DNA of 46,099 nucleotides from Betaproteobacteria bacterium (GCA_005888865.1 VBCL01000119.1:1-46099), one strand, 5' to 3'; shown: positions 32,555 through 41,506, counted from the first letter of the stretch. Notes: a model not told the origin generated them from the letters alone. A program made the numbers and translations.

Positions 32555-33529
32555 TCAGCGGACGTGCTTGTGCCACCAGGCTGCTGTCGCGAGCAAGCCC
32601 TGATCCAGCGTGAACGGTGGCGCCCAGCCCGTAAGGCCGCGAAAGCGCAGCGCGTCGACTTCGAGTGAATCCAGCAGCCGCGCCGCGTCGCCGCGCCGGC
32701 CGATAATCGTCGCGGCTCCGCGCAGGAAGGACGGCGGCAGCGCGAACAGGCGCGGCTCGACTGAAAGCGCACGGGCGAGCTTGACGACGAGCTCGGGCGT
32801 AGAGATGGTTTCCGCGTCGGCAATGGGAAGCGCGTCCCCGCGCGGCGCCGGCGCCTTCAGCGCCGCCTCGATCGCGGTCACGGCGTTGCCGACATAAAGG
32901 AGACTTCTGCGGTTGACGATGCCGGCGAGAGGCAAGCGCCGCTTTGCCGCAACGCTTGCCAGGAGGGTGACGAAGTTGCCCTTCACGCCAGGACCGTAGG
33001 TGAGCGGCAGCCGCAGGATCACGGTCTCGATCCCGCGCGCGGCCGCGATCTCGCGCAACACGTTCTCGGCCTCGGCCTTGCTGCGCGCGTACGCGTCCTG
33101 CGGTGCGGACGGGTCGCCCGCGCGAAATGGCCGGCCCGGTTCGCTGGCTTCGCCGTAGACCTTGACCGTGCTCGCGAACACGATGCGACGCACGCCCGCG
33201 CGCGCCGCCGCGTCGGCCAGACGGCGGGTAACGTGGACGTTGGCGACGACGTACGGCGTCGGCGCATCGGCATCGGGACCGATGCGGTGCGCGCGTCCCG
33301 CGAGATGGACAACGGCTTCGACGCCGCCCAGGACTTCGTGCCAGTCGACAGCGGCGAAATCGCCGAGGGCGACGTAGGCAGGGCGCTTCGCGTCCTCGGG
33401 GGCGAGTGCGCGCACGGCCGCGACGTGCGGGGCGCCGGCTTTAGCAAGATGAGCGCAGAACGCGCGACCGATGAAGCCGCCGGCGCCGGTCACCAGGACC
33501 TTGCCACCCCGGGGTTGCGCTACACCCAT
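32555..33529 (-). CDS. NAD-dependent epimerase/dehydratase family protein
   Basis: KVLVTGAGGFIG Rossmann motif and YARSK (YxxxK). The start ATG 33529 overlaps the GT2 stop by 10 bp. The upstream 300 aa of ORF 32555..34426 are a shadow frame of the GT2 gene. Confidence 0.85.
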   Translation of the reverse strand: MGVAQPRGGKVLVTGAGGFIGRAFCAHLAKAGAPHVAAVRALAPEDAKRPAYVALGDFAAVDWHEVLGGVEAVVHLAGRAHRIGPDADAPTPYVVANVHVTRRLADAAARAGVRRIVFASTVKVYGEASEPGRPFRAGDPSAPQDAYARSKAEAENVLREIAAARGIETVILRLPLTYGPGVKGNFVTLLASVAAKRRLPLAGIVNRRSLLYVGNAVTAIEAALKAPAPRGDALPIADAETISTPELVVKLARALSVEPRLFALPPSFLRGAATIIGRRGDAARLLDSLEVDALRFRGLTGWAPPFTLDQGLLATAAWWHKHVR

Positions 33530-34365
33530 TTCCAGCCATGCTTGCGATAGAAACGGACCGCGCTCCTCGCGAAGTGGGCGAGGTGCCGCGCTCCTTTGCG
33601 CGCCGCGCCGCCGCCGTGATGCACGATCTTCACCGAGGGCACGTACGCGCTCCCTGTGATACGGTTCAGGCGCACGCTCCAGTCGAAGTCCTCGAAGTAG
33701 AGGAAATATGCCGGATCGAAGCCACCGCTGGCGTCGACGGGCTTGCGGCGCGCCAGCATGAAACAGCCGCTCAGCAATGGCACTGGCGACACGAAGCCGT
33801 CGCCGCTCACTGCTTCGATCGCGTCGCGCATCTCGTAGCGATCGAGGCGCGCCCGGCACCAGCGCCGCAGCGCCGCGGGCGCGAACGCTCGCAGCGCGAG
33901 GTCGAGCACCGCAGGATAGCGCTTGCAGGTGAATTCGCGTTCGCCGTGGGCGCCGGACACGGCGGGAGCGAGCACTCCGATTTCCGGATGCGCGTCGAGA
34001 AAGCGCATGCCCGCGACCAGCGCATCGGGCGCAAGCTCGACGTCGGGATTGAGCACCAGATGATAGTGCGTGTTGCCGCCGTGCATGACCAGGTTGTGGG
34101 CGCGGCCGTAGCCGATGTTGGTGTGACGGTGGAGATAGTTCATGGTCCAGCCCGAACCCCGGAAGCGCGACTCGCCGAGATGGACCACGGCCTCCGCGGT
34201 CGTGCGCGATCCCGTGTTGTCGACGAGCACGACGTTCGCATCGCGCAGGATGCCCTCGCCGCGCGCAGCATCGAGCGCCGTCGCCAGAGAGACGAGACAG
34301 CGTTCGAGGAGCACGAGGTCGGGCTGATACGTGACGATGCTGACCGTCAGCGTTACAGGAGCCAC
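33520..34365 (-). CDS. Glycosyltransferase family 2
   Basis: GTG start. VSIVTYQPD..., VLVDNTG, ...NIGYGRAHN..., SGCFMLARR, FLYFEDFDWS (ED motif). Confidence 0.85.
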   Translation of the reverse strand: MAPVTLTVSIVTYQPDLVLLERCLVSLATALDAARGEGILRDANVVLVDNTGSRTTAEAVVHLGESRFRGSGWTMNYLHRHTNIGYGRAHNLVMHGGNTHYHLVLNPDVELAPDALVAGMRFLDAHPEIGVLAPAVSGAHGEREFTCKRYPAVLDLALRAFAPAALRRWCRARLDRYEMRDAIEAVSGDGFVSPVPLLSGCFMLARRKPVDASGGFDPAYFLYFEDFDWSVRLNRITGSAYVPSVKIVHHGGGAARKGARHLAHFARSAVRFYRKHGWKWV

Positions 34366-34447
34366 GGCGGGAGGTTGCGATCGCGGGATCAGTTAGAATC
34401 GTCGTCGATTGGCACGCCTGCGTCAATCGTCCCGAAAGCTACCCGCC

Positions 34448-35515
34448 ATGACCGACGCACCAACGCTTCGCTACCCTGCGGAGGATCTACGCGTGTTTGC
34501 GCGCACGCTGCTCGAGCGCGCCGGCGTGCGCGGCGACATCGCACGCGATCTGGCCGACATTCTGCTGGAGGGCGATCTTCTCGGGCACACGACGCACGGG
34601 CTCGCGCTGCTTCCTCCGTACCTGGACGAGCTCGCGCACGATCGCATGGCGAAGAACGGCGAACCGACAGTGCTGTCGAGCCGAGCCGCGGCGCAGATTT
34701 GGGACGGCAACCGGCTGCCGGGACCGTGGCTCGTGTTGCGCGCGCTCGGAGCAGCGGCGACGATGGCGCGCGAGACCGGCACGGGCACGGTCGTCATCCG
34801 CCGCTCGCATCACATCGCCTGTCTTGCCGCGTATCTCAAGCGCATGACGGATGCGGGCTTGGTGGCGATCATCCAGTCCTCGGATCCCACCGTGGCCGCC
34901 GTCGCGTCGCACGGCGGCATGACCCCGTTCGTTACTCCCAATCCAATCGCCGCGGGCGTGCCGACGTCCGCCGACCCGATCCTGATCGACGTATCAACCT
35001 CGATCACCAGCATGGGCTATGCGCTGCAGCAGATGCGCGCAGGCAAGCAACTTCCCGGCGCCTGGCTGGTCGACGCCGCGGGCCGTCCCACTGCGGATCC
35101 CGCGGCGATGGTCAAGGAGCCGAAAGGCGCGCTGCTGCCCCTTGGCGGCATCGACGCCGGACACAAGGGCTTCGCGCTCGCACTTCTGGTCGAGGCGTTG
35201 ACCGGCGGGCTCGCCGGGCACGGTCGCGCCGACCCGCCCGAGGGCTGGACCGGCACGACCTTCGTGCAGGTATTCGACCCCGGCGCGTTCGGTGGGCTCG
35301 ACGCTTTCCGCCGACAGATGGACGCCGTCGCGGCTGCTGCGCGCGGCGCCAAGCCGCGACCAGGCGTCGACCGCATTCGCCTGCCGGGTGAACGCGGGCT
35401 CGCGTGTTATCGCGATCAGATCGCGCACGGCGTCGCGCTCTATCCGGCGATCCTGCCGGCCCTCGCCGCGTGGGCGCAGAAGTACGACGTCGAGGCGCCG
35501 AAAGCACTCACGTAG
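34448..35515 (+). CDS. Ldh_2 family (malate/L-lactate/ureidoglycolate/sulfolactate-type) NAD(P)H-dependent oxidoreductase
   Basis: ...LLEGDLLGHTTHGLALLPPYL..., ...RSHHIACLAAY..., ...PLGG.DAGHKGFALALLVE... are typical of this family. I prefer the ATG at 34448. Confidence 0.85.
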   Translation: MTDAPTLRYPAEDLRVFARTLLERAGVRGDIARDLADILLEGDLLGHTTHGLALLPPYLDELAHDRMAKNGEPTVLSSRAAAQIWDGNRLPGPWLVLRALGAAATMARETGTGTVVIRRSHHIACLAAYLKRMTDAGLVAIIQSSDPTVAAVASHGGMTPFVTPNPIAAGVPTSADPILIDVSTSITSMGYALQQMRAGKQLPGAWLVDAAGRPTADPAAMVKEPKGALLPLGGIDAGHKGFALALLVEALTGGLAGHGRADPPEGWTGTTFVQVFDPGAFGGLDAFRRQMDAVAAAARGAKPRPGVDRIRLPGERGLACYRDQIAHGVALYPAILPALAAWAQKYDVEAPKALT

Positions 35516-35572
35516 GTTTGCGTCGCCGGGGATGAGCGATGCGAACCCGGGGGCGCCATCGCAATGAAACGC

Positions 35573-36403
35573 CTACGACCCGTCTCGCCGCCCGTGCGTC
35601 ACCCGCGGGATGCCGGCAAGGTCGCGGGCCGACGTTATCGCCACGAAACCCGCGTCGCGCAGGAGCGCCTGCACCGCGCCCGCCTGATCGTGTCCGTGCT
35701 CGAGCGCCAGCGCGCCGCCCGGCGCGAGATGGCCTGCGGCTGCAGCGATGATTGCGCGCATCGAATCGGGCCCGTCGCCGCCAGGAGAAAGCGCGCCCGC
35801 GGGTTCGTAGCGCAGGTCGCCCTGCCGAAGGTGAGGATCGTCCTCCGCCACGTACGGTGGATTGGCGACGATGACGGCGAAGCGCTCGGGTGGCACGTCT
35901 GCGAACCAGTCGGACTCGATGAACTGGGTATTGACGATGCCCAGTCGCGCCGCGTTGCGGCGCGCGAGCGCCACTGCCGCCGCGGAAACGTCCGCGCCGA
36001 GCAGCGACGCGCGGGGGCGCTCATGAGCGATAGCCAATACCACGGCGCCCGACCCGCACCCCAGATCGAGCACGCGCTCGGTCGCGTCCGCTGCGAGCCA
36101 GGCGAGCGCGAGTTCGACCAGGAGCTCGGTCTCGGGTCTGGGAATGAGGACGTCCGGCGTGATCTCGAGATCGAGCCCGAAGAATTCGCGATGCCCGGTG
36201 AGATAGGCGATCGGCTCGCCGTCATGACGCCGCCGCGCCAGAGCGTCGAACGCATGCGCCTGCTCGCGCGTCAACGCGGCTTCACCAGGCGCGGCGAGCC
36301 AGGCGCGATCGCGATCCAGAACGTGTCCGAGCAGAAGCTTGGCTTCGAGCGGATTGAGCCCGCTCACGGCGAGCGCCGCGGAAACCGTCGGCGGCAAATA
36401 CAT
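35573..36403 (-). CDS. prmC: Release-factor glutamine N5-methyltransferase PrmC (HemK)
   Basis: ...PIAYLTGHREFFGL...LIPRPETE..., LDLGCGSGAV, ANPPY (NPPY catalytic motif). I prefer the ATG at 36403. Confidence 0.88.
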   Translation of the reverse strand: MYLPPTVSAALAVSGLNPLEAKLLLGHVLDRDRAWLAAPGEAALTREQAHAFDALARRRHDGEPIAYLTGHREFFGLDLEITPDVLIPRPETELLVELALAWLAADATERVLDLGCGSGAVVLAIAHERPRASLLGADVSAAAVALARRNAARLGIVNTQFIESDWFADVPPERFAVIVANPPYVAEDDPHLRQGDLRYEPAGALSPGGDGPDSMRAIIAAAAGHLAPGGALALEHGHDQAGAVQALLRDAGFVAITSARDLAGIPRVTHGRRDGS

Positions 36404-36438
36404 CGGGTCTTCGTCTGTCGGCGAACGATTGCGAGTCG

Positions 36439-36462
36439 AGGAAAGTGAGGAGGAAAGTGAGG
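36439..36462. repeat. Exact tandem duplication of the 12-mer AGGAAAGTGAGG
   Basis: Read directly, in the divergent prmC / sulfite-dehydrogenase intergenic region. Confidence 0.7.
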
Positions 36463-36604
36463 CTGCCTTGCAGTGTACAACGGCCATAGGCAATAATGGA
36501 CCCAAGCTTCGGACGCGGTCGGCGCGAGACATTGACGGCGCTCACGGTTTCTCAGGACCACTGCGACTATTGCGCGCAGTCAGGGGAATTTTCAAGGAGG
36601 AGCA

Positions 36605-37840
36605 ATGCCGTCTCGGCGCGACATTCTGAAGATGACGGGCGGATTGGTGATCGCCACCGGCGGGACGTGGCTCGCCACGCACGCGCGCGGCGCCGTGCCC
36701 AATCCGCCGGGGCTCGCACCGCTTCCGGCCGGCGCGGTCGCTTCGGGCGATCTGGAAGCCATCGCCGGCAAGGTGCCGCTGATCAAGCGCACCTGGCGCC
36801 CGCCGAATTACGAAACGCCGCTGTCGTATTTCGCCGAGGACTTCACCCCGAACAAGGCATTCTTCGTGCGCTATCACCTGGCGTCGATCCCCACGATCGC
36901 GGCCGACAAGTGGTCGCTCAAGGTCGGTGGCGACGCGGCGGCCACGCCGCTCGAGATCACCCTCGACCAGCTCAAGCGCGACTATCCCGCGGTCGAGCTC
37001 GCGGCAGTGAACCAATGCTCGGGCAATCGACGTGGGCTTTTCGATCCCCACGTCGCCGGCGTCGAATGGGGCGTGGGCGCGATGGGGAACGCGCGCTGGA
37101 AGGGCGCGCGGCTCAAGGACGTTCTCGCCAAGGCCGGTCTCAAGAAGGAGGCGCTGGAAATCGTCTTCGACGGTGCGGACGGCCCGGTGATGCCCGGCAC
37201 GCCCGATTTCCAGAAGTCGATTCCGGTATGGAAAGCGCTCGACGAGAACACGCTCATCGCCTACGAGATGAACGGCGAGCCACTGCCGCACTGGAACGGC
37301 TTCCCCGCGCGCATCGTCGTTGCCGGCTGGACCGGGACGTACTGGATGAAGCACGTGACCTCGATCAACGCGATCAGCAAGCCCTTCGATAATTTCTGGG
37401 TCAAGGCGGGCTACCGCATCCCAACTAACCGCTTCCCGCTGGTCGAGCATTTCGCCTCGCAGATGACCGACGCCAACGAGCCGATCACCGAGATGGTCGT
37501 CAATTCGATCATCACCAACGTCGCTGCCGGACAGGAAGTCCCCGTCGGTCGCGCATTCGACGTGAAGGGCATCGCCTGGGACGGCGGGCGCGGCATTTCG
37601 AGCGTCGATGTTTCTGCCGATGGCGGTCGCTCGTGGCGGAGCGCAACGCTCGGCACCGACCACGGCCGGTTCTCGTTCCGCAGCTTCAGCCAGTCATTCA
37701 CGCCGAGCGAACGCGGCGCGCTCGTCGTCATGGCGCGCGCGAGCAATCGCGCTGGCGCCACTCAGACCATGGAGCTCATCCTCAATCCCGCGGGTTATCA
37801 CCACAACGTGATCCAGCGGATTGCCATCAACGCGGTTTAG
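36605..37840 (+). CDS. Sulfite-oxidase-family molybdopterin oxidoreductase with a Tat signal (SorA-like sulfite dehydrogenase catalytic subunit)
   Basis: AAGGAGG lies 6 nt upstream of the ATG. Twin-arginine leader MPSRRDILKMTGGLVIATGG. Mo-ligand cysteine box NQCSGNRRG. A C-terminal dimerisation-domain-like region is present. Confidence 0.9.
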   Translation: MPSRRDILKMTGGLVIATGGTWLATHARGAVPNPPGLAPLPAGAVASGDLEAIAGKVPLIKRTWRPPNYETPLSYFAEDFTPNKAFFVRYHLASIPTIAADKWSLKVGGDAAATPLEITLDQLKRDYPAVELAAVNQCSGNRRGLFDPHVAGVEWGVGAMGNARWKGARLKDVLAKAGLKKEALEIVFDGADGPVMPGTPDFQKSIPVWKALDENTLIAYEMNGEPLPHWNGFPARIVVAGWTGTYWMKHVTSINAISKPFDNFWVKAGYRIPTNRFPLVEHFASQMTDANEPITEMVVNSIITNVAAGQEVPVGRAFDVKGIAWDGGRGISSVDVSADGGRSWRSATLGTDHGRFSFRSFSQSFTPSERGALVVMARASNRAGATQTMELILNPAGYHHNVIQRIAINAV

Positions 37841-37859
37841 CAGGCCGGAGGAGCGCTCG

Positions 37860-38150
37860 ATGAAAGCGATTGTTCTGACTCTGACGTTCGCGCTTGTGGT
37901 GATCGCGGGGATCGTCGCTGCGCAGGAGCGGCGTCTCGATCTCAAGGACGGCCCGGGACGCGCGCAGGTCGAAGCGAATTGCGGCTCGTGCCACAGCCTG
38001 GACTACGTGCTGATGAATTCGCCGTTCCTCGATCGCAACGGTTGGGACGGCAGCGTGAACAAGATGATCAAGGTCTTCGGCGCGCCGATCAACGCTGAGG
38101 ACGCCAAGGCGATCGTCGAGTATCTCAACACGAACTACGGCAAGACCTGA
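37860..38150 (+). CDS. Small periplasmic c-type cytochrome (SorB-like electron acceptor)
   Basis: GGAGGAG RBS. Signal MKAIVLTLTFALVVIAGIVAA. A single heme site CGSCH. It starts 19 bp downstream of the Mo-enzyme gene. Confidence 0.8.
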   Translation: MKAIVLTLTFALVVIAGIVAAQERRLDLKDGPGRAQVEANCGSCHSLDYVLMNSPFLDRNGWDGSVNKMIKVFGAPINAEDAKAIVEYLNTNYGKT

Positions 38151-38453
38151 GCCGGATTTACCTGTAGCCGGTCCGCCGCGGGGGGCAAGCCCCAGCGAAC
38201 CCAGGGGGTGCAGTCCTGGCTCCTCCGACCCGGGACTCGCGTGGCTCATCCCCGGCCGACACGCTCGATTTCGACCCATTCTGTAACAGACAAACAGCGC
38301 ATTCTGAGTGCGCAGACGGTCGCGTCCTCCCATTGCAAATTTTGGCGATTTGAGAGAGACTTTCCACGGTCGGCTTAGGGTCGGGGTGCTATCTGGCCGG
38401 CCTGCTCCGCCCTATATTGTTTACTACATCTGGCGAACCGCGCTGGGGGTCTC

Positions 38454-39638
38454 ATGGGACGCACATTTGCCTGGGTGATCGCCGCCCTGCTCTTCGTGAC
38501 GACGCGGGCGGTCGCCGACGTCAAAGTCATGGTCGCGGTGGATCCTTCCGACCGCGAATCGATCGTGATCAGCGTCATGGACCTGCAGGCGCAGCTCTCG
38601 CGCGTCACCGGACAGTCCGTCTCCGCGATCCGCTCCGAGGACCTGGGCGACGTCATGCGCTCGACGCGCACCGGCGAATACGACCTCTACATCGCGCCCG
38701 CGCACGTTGCCGCCTCGGCGCTCAGCCACGGTTACGAGCTGATCGGATCCACGGAGCACGACGAGACCTATCAGCTAGTCGCACGGCCGGGTGCCAAGGC
38801 GCCCGCCGAGCTCAAGAACGGCAAGATCTATCTCACGCAGCAGGATTCCGTCGGCGCGTACATGGCCCGCGGCATGCTCAACGAATCCGGCCAATCGCTG
38901 AAGATGTTCCAGCAGGTGCTCTACCGCCGCACGTCGGGCGCGGGCCTGTTCGCGATCGACACCGGGCTCGTCGACGCAACGGTGGCCAAGCAGACCGACG
39001 TGCAGGCGTGGGCGAAAAAGAACAGCTCCAAGGCCGCGGTGCTGCTTTCGTCGCACGCGGTGCCGGGCGGCATGTCGGTCGTGATCAAGAAAAGCCTGCC
39101 GGACGCGGTCCGGAGCAAGCTCGAGACCTGGTTCCTGGGTCCGACCGGAACGATGTCCGGCATCGGCCGCGTCGCCTATCACTCCGATCTGGGGAACTAT
39201 AAGTACGTCTCCGCGCTCGGCAACTGGACGCCATCGCAGCTCCCCGGCGCGACGATCGTCACCGCGAACGAGGCGCTCGCCCTGCAGCAGAAGGGCGTGC
39301 CGATCATCGACGTGCGTATTGTCAAGGAATACCAGGAAAAGCATATCCGCGGCGCGGTCTCGATACCGTACGGCGAGAAGAGCCTGAAGGACGTCGCCTT
39401 CGATCCGAAGATGGACGAGTGGGCGGGCCCGCAGAAGCTCGACAAGAACCAGCCGGTCGTCTTCCACTGCAACGGCGCGGAGTGCTGGAAGTCGTACAAG
39501 GCGGCACGCGTCGCGCTCGCCAACGGCTTCAAGACCGTGTACTGGTTCCGCGGAGGATTCCCGGAATGGGAGACCGCCGGGCTTGCCGTCGAATCGACCC
39601 CGGCCGGCGAAGCTTTTACGCAGGCTAAAACGAAATAG
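38454..39638 (+). CDS. Periplasmic fusion protein: PhnD-like (phosphonate-bd type 2 PBP) domain plus C-terminal rhodanese domain
   Basis: Signal MGRTFAWVIAALLFVTTRAVA. The PBP-like part contains ...YDLYIAPAHVAASAL..., ...GKIYLTQQDSVGAYMARG..., ...LVDATVAK... The rhodanese part contains IIDVR..EY..HIRGAVSIPY...PVVFHCNGAECWKS...GGFPEWETAGL. Confidence 0.8.
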   Translation: MGRTFAWVIAALLFVTTRAVADVKVMVAVDPSDRESIVISVMDLQAQLSRVTGQSVSAIRSEDLGDVMRSTRTGEYDLYIAPAHVAASALSHGYELIGSTEHDETYQLVARPGAKAPAELKNGKIYLTQQDSVGAYMARGMLNESGQSLKMFQQVLYRRTSGAGLFAIDTGLVDATVAKQTDVQAWAKKNSSKAAVLLSSHAVPGGMSVVIKKSLPDAVRSKLETWFLGPTGTMSGIGRVAYHSDLGNYKYVSALGNWTPSQLPGATIVTANEALALQQKGVPIIDVRIVKEYQEKHIRGAVSIPYGEKSLKDVAFDPKMDEWAGPQKLDKNQPVVFHCNGAECWKSYKAARVALANGFKTVYWFRGGFPEWETAGLAVESTPAGEAFTQAKTK

Positions 39639-39640
39639 GG

Positions 39641-40180
39641 CTACTCGACGGACTCGCCTCGCGAGACTGCGAACAGTCGCAGGTCGCGCCCGTAGTACCG
39701 TCCCCATCCCGCGTCGCGCAGGCCTGCCTTGGCAAGCACGCGCTGGGACGCGAGATTATCCGGATGGGTGAGACCGATGATCCGGGCGACCCCGAGATCG
39801 GCGAAACCGTGGCGCAGCAATGCGCGCGCACCCTCGGTCGCGTAGCCCCGGCCCCACGCGTCCGGCAATAATCGATAACCCACTTCCACCTCGACGGTCT
39901 TCGGCACGTACTTCAGACAGAACCAGCCTATGAACGCGTGCCCGTCGCGTTCCTCGGCCGACCAGACGCCTAGGCCCGGATAGTTCCGGTAATACTTGGT
40001 CACACGCGCCAGCGCTTCAGCGACAGAGGCGCGCGTGAGGACCGATCCATCGCCGATGTAACGCATCACGCGCGGATCGGAATCGAGGCGATACAGGTGT
40101 TCCAGGTCCGCCGGACGGAACTCGCGAAGCTCGAGCCGCTCAGTGATCACAAATGGGCTCACCGCGCCTACGGCTCCCAA
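39641..40180 (-). CDS. GNAT family N-acetyltransferase (RimJ/RimL-like)
   Basis: ITERLELREFRPADLEHLYRL..., ...GYRLLPDAWGRGYATEGARALL...HPDNLASQRVLAKAGL. The track start at 40180 is TTG. A GTG at 40162 is an alternative. Confidence 0.85.
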   Translation of the reverse strand: MGAVGAVSPFVITERLELREFRPADLEHLYRLDSDPRVMRYIGDGSVLTRASVAEALARVTKYYRNYPGLGVWSAEERDGHAFIGWFCLKYVPKTVEVEVGYRLLPDAWGRGYATEGARALLRHGFADLGVARIIGLTHPDNLASQRVLAKAGLRDAGWGRYYGRDLRLFAVSRGESVE

Positions 40181-40183
40181 ATT

Positions 40184-40252
40184 GGCCGTTCGTCCTGAGC
40201 CCGTCGAAGGATGAACGGCCGTTGTGGTTCGACAAGCTCACCACGAACGGCC
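40184..40252. mobile_element. Short palindromic MITE/REP-like element (the 'PFVLSPSKDE...FDKLTTNG'-type repeat)
   Basis: Perfect 10-bp terminal inverted repeats GGCCGTTCGT (40184-40193) and ACGAACGGCC (40243-40252), with an internal GAACGGCCGTT. It fills the spacer between the GNAT start and the prfA stop. Confidence 0.65.
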
Positions 40253-40277
40253 TTACGCTTGCTCGCGACCCTGTAGC

Positions 40278-41360
40278 TCAAGCAGTCTCGCCGAGCGCGG
40301 CAAGCTGCTCCGCCTGAAACTCCTGCGCGAGCGCGGTGGTCAGCTCGAACAGGTCGCCGTCCATGATCTGATCGATCTTGTACAGCGTGAGGTTGATGCG
40401 GTGGTCGGTGACCCGGCCCTGTGGAAAGTTGTAGGTGCGGATGCGCTCGGAGCGATCGCCGCTGCCGATCAGGCTCTTGCGCGTCGCGGCTTCCTTGCGC
40501 TGTCGCTCCTGCCGCTCGCGGTCGACCAGGCGCGAAGCGAGCACCGACATCGCCTGCGCGCGGTTGCGGTGCTGTGAGCGATCATCCTGGCACTCGACGA
40601 CCAGCCCGGTCGGCAGATGGGTGATACGCACCGCCGAGTCGGTCTTGTTCACGTGCTGGCCACCCGCCCCCGAGGCGCGGAAGGTGTCGATGCGCAGGTC
40701 CGCGGGATTGATCGTGACGTCGGCGACCGGATCGGCTTCCGGCAGGACGGCAACCGTGGCCGCGGACGTGTGGATGCGTCCCTGCGCTTCGGTCTCCGGG
40801 ACACGTTGCACGCGATGCCCTCCGGACTCGAACTTAAGCTTCCCGTAGATGCCCTGTCCGACGATGCGCGCGATCACTTCCTTGAAGCCGCCCATGTCCC
40901 CAGGGCTCTCGGAAACCATCTCCACCCGCCAGCCATTGCGCTCGGCGAAGCGCGCGTACATGCGAAAGAGATCGCCGGCGAAGAGCGCGGATTCGTCGCC
41001 GCCCGTGCCGCCGCGGATCTCGAGAAAGACATTGCGCTCGTCGCTCGGATCCTTGGGCAGCAGCGCGTGCTGCAGCTCGTCCTCGAGGCGCTCCATTCGG
41101 GCGGCCGCCGCCTTGGCCTCGTCCTCGGCGTACGCCTTCATCTCAGAGTCGGAAAGAAGCTCGCGCGCGCTCGCCAGATCGTGCTCGGCCTGCTGCCAGT
41201 CGCGGTACAGCGCGACCCGCGGCGCGATCTCGGCGCGTTCGCGCGACAGCGCGCGATAACGGTCGAGGTCCCGGGTCACGTCCGGCGCGGCGAGCAAACC
41301 ATCGAGCTCCTCCAGCCGAGAGGCGAGCTGAGTGAGGCGATTGGCGAGGGAGGTTTTCAT
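40278..41360 (-). CDS. prfA: Peptide chain release factor 1
   Basis: 360 aa. [26 protein letters not shown] (PxT region) and [19 protein letters not shown] (GGQ). Confidence 0.95.
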   Translation of the reverse strand: MKTSLANRLTQLASRLEELDGLLAAPDVTRDLDRYRALSRERAEIAPRVALYRDWQQAEHDLASARELLSDSEMKAYAEDEAKAAAARMERLEDELQHALLPKDPSDERNVFLEIRGGTGGDESALFAGDLFRMYARFAERNGWRVEMVSESPGDMGGFKEVIARIVGQGIYGKLKFESGGHRVQRVPETEAQGRIHTSAATVAVLPEADPVADVTINPADLRIDTFRASGAGGQHVNKTDSAVRITHLPTGLVVECQDDRSQHRNRAQAMSVLASRLVDRERQERQRKEAATRKSLIGSGDRSERIRTYNFPQGRVTDHRINLTLYKIDQIMDGDLFELTTALAQEFQAEQLAALGETA

Positions 41361-41410
41361 GATTGCGTCGGGACTGTCGATTTGCGTCGCCGGGCGGGCG
41401 TGCCCTAATT

Positions 41411-41506
41411 TACGTCGTTCCCGCGAAAGCGGGAACCCAGCGTCTTGCGTCCAAACAACTCTGGATCCCGGGTCTCGCGCTCAAGCGCTCGCCCCAGGAC
41501 GACGTA
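41411..41506. mobile_element. Short palindromic MITE/REP-like element (the 'V[IV]PAKAG[IT]Q'-type repeat)
   Basis: Terminal inverted repeats TACGTCGT (41411-41418) and ACGACGTA (41499-41506). Internal hairpin TTCCCGC-GAAA-GCGGGAA. It lies between the prfA start and the hemA stop. Confidence 0.65.

Noticed and set aside
32555-34426. A 623-aa ORF spanning both the epimerase and GT2 loci.
   Set aside because: Its N-terminal 300 aa are an out-of-frame shadow of the GT2 gene. The Rossmann motif VTGAGGFIG directly follows the internal ATG at 33529.
38151-38453. The 303-bp spacer between the cytochrome c and the PBP-rhodanese genes. I checked it for sigma-54 (TGGCAC-N5-TTGC) or sigma-70 promoter motifs and for terminators.
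   Set aside because: There are only weak partial matches (a TATATT box at about 38413-38418 without a credible -35, and a TGGCCG..CTCC that fails the sigma-54 consensus). This is not enough to annotate.
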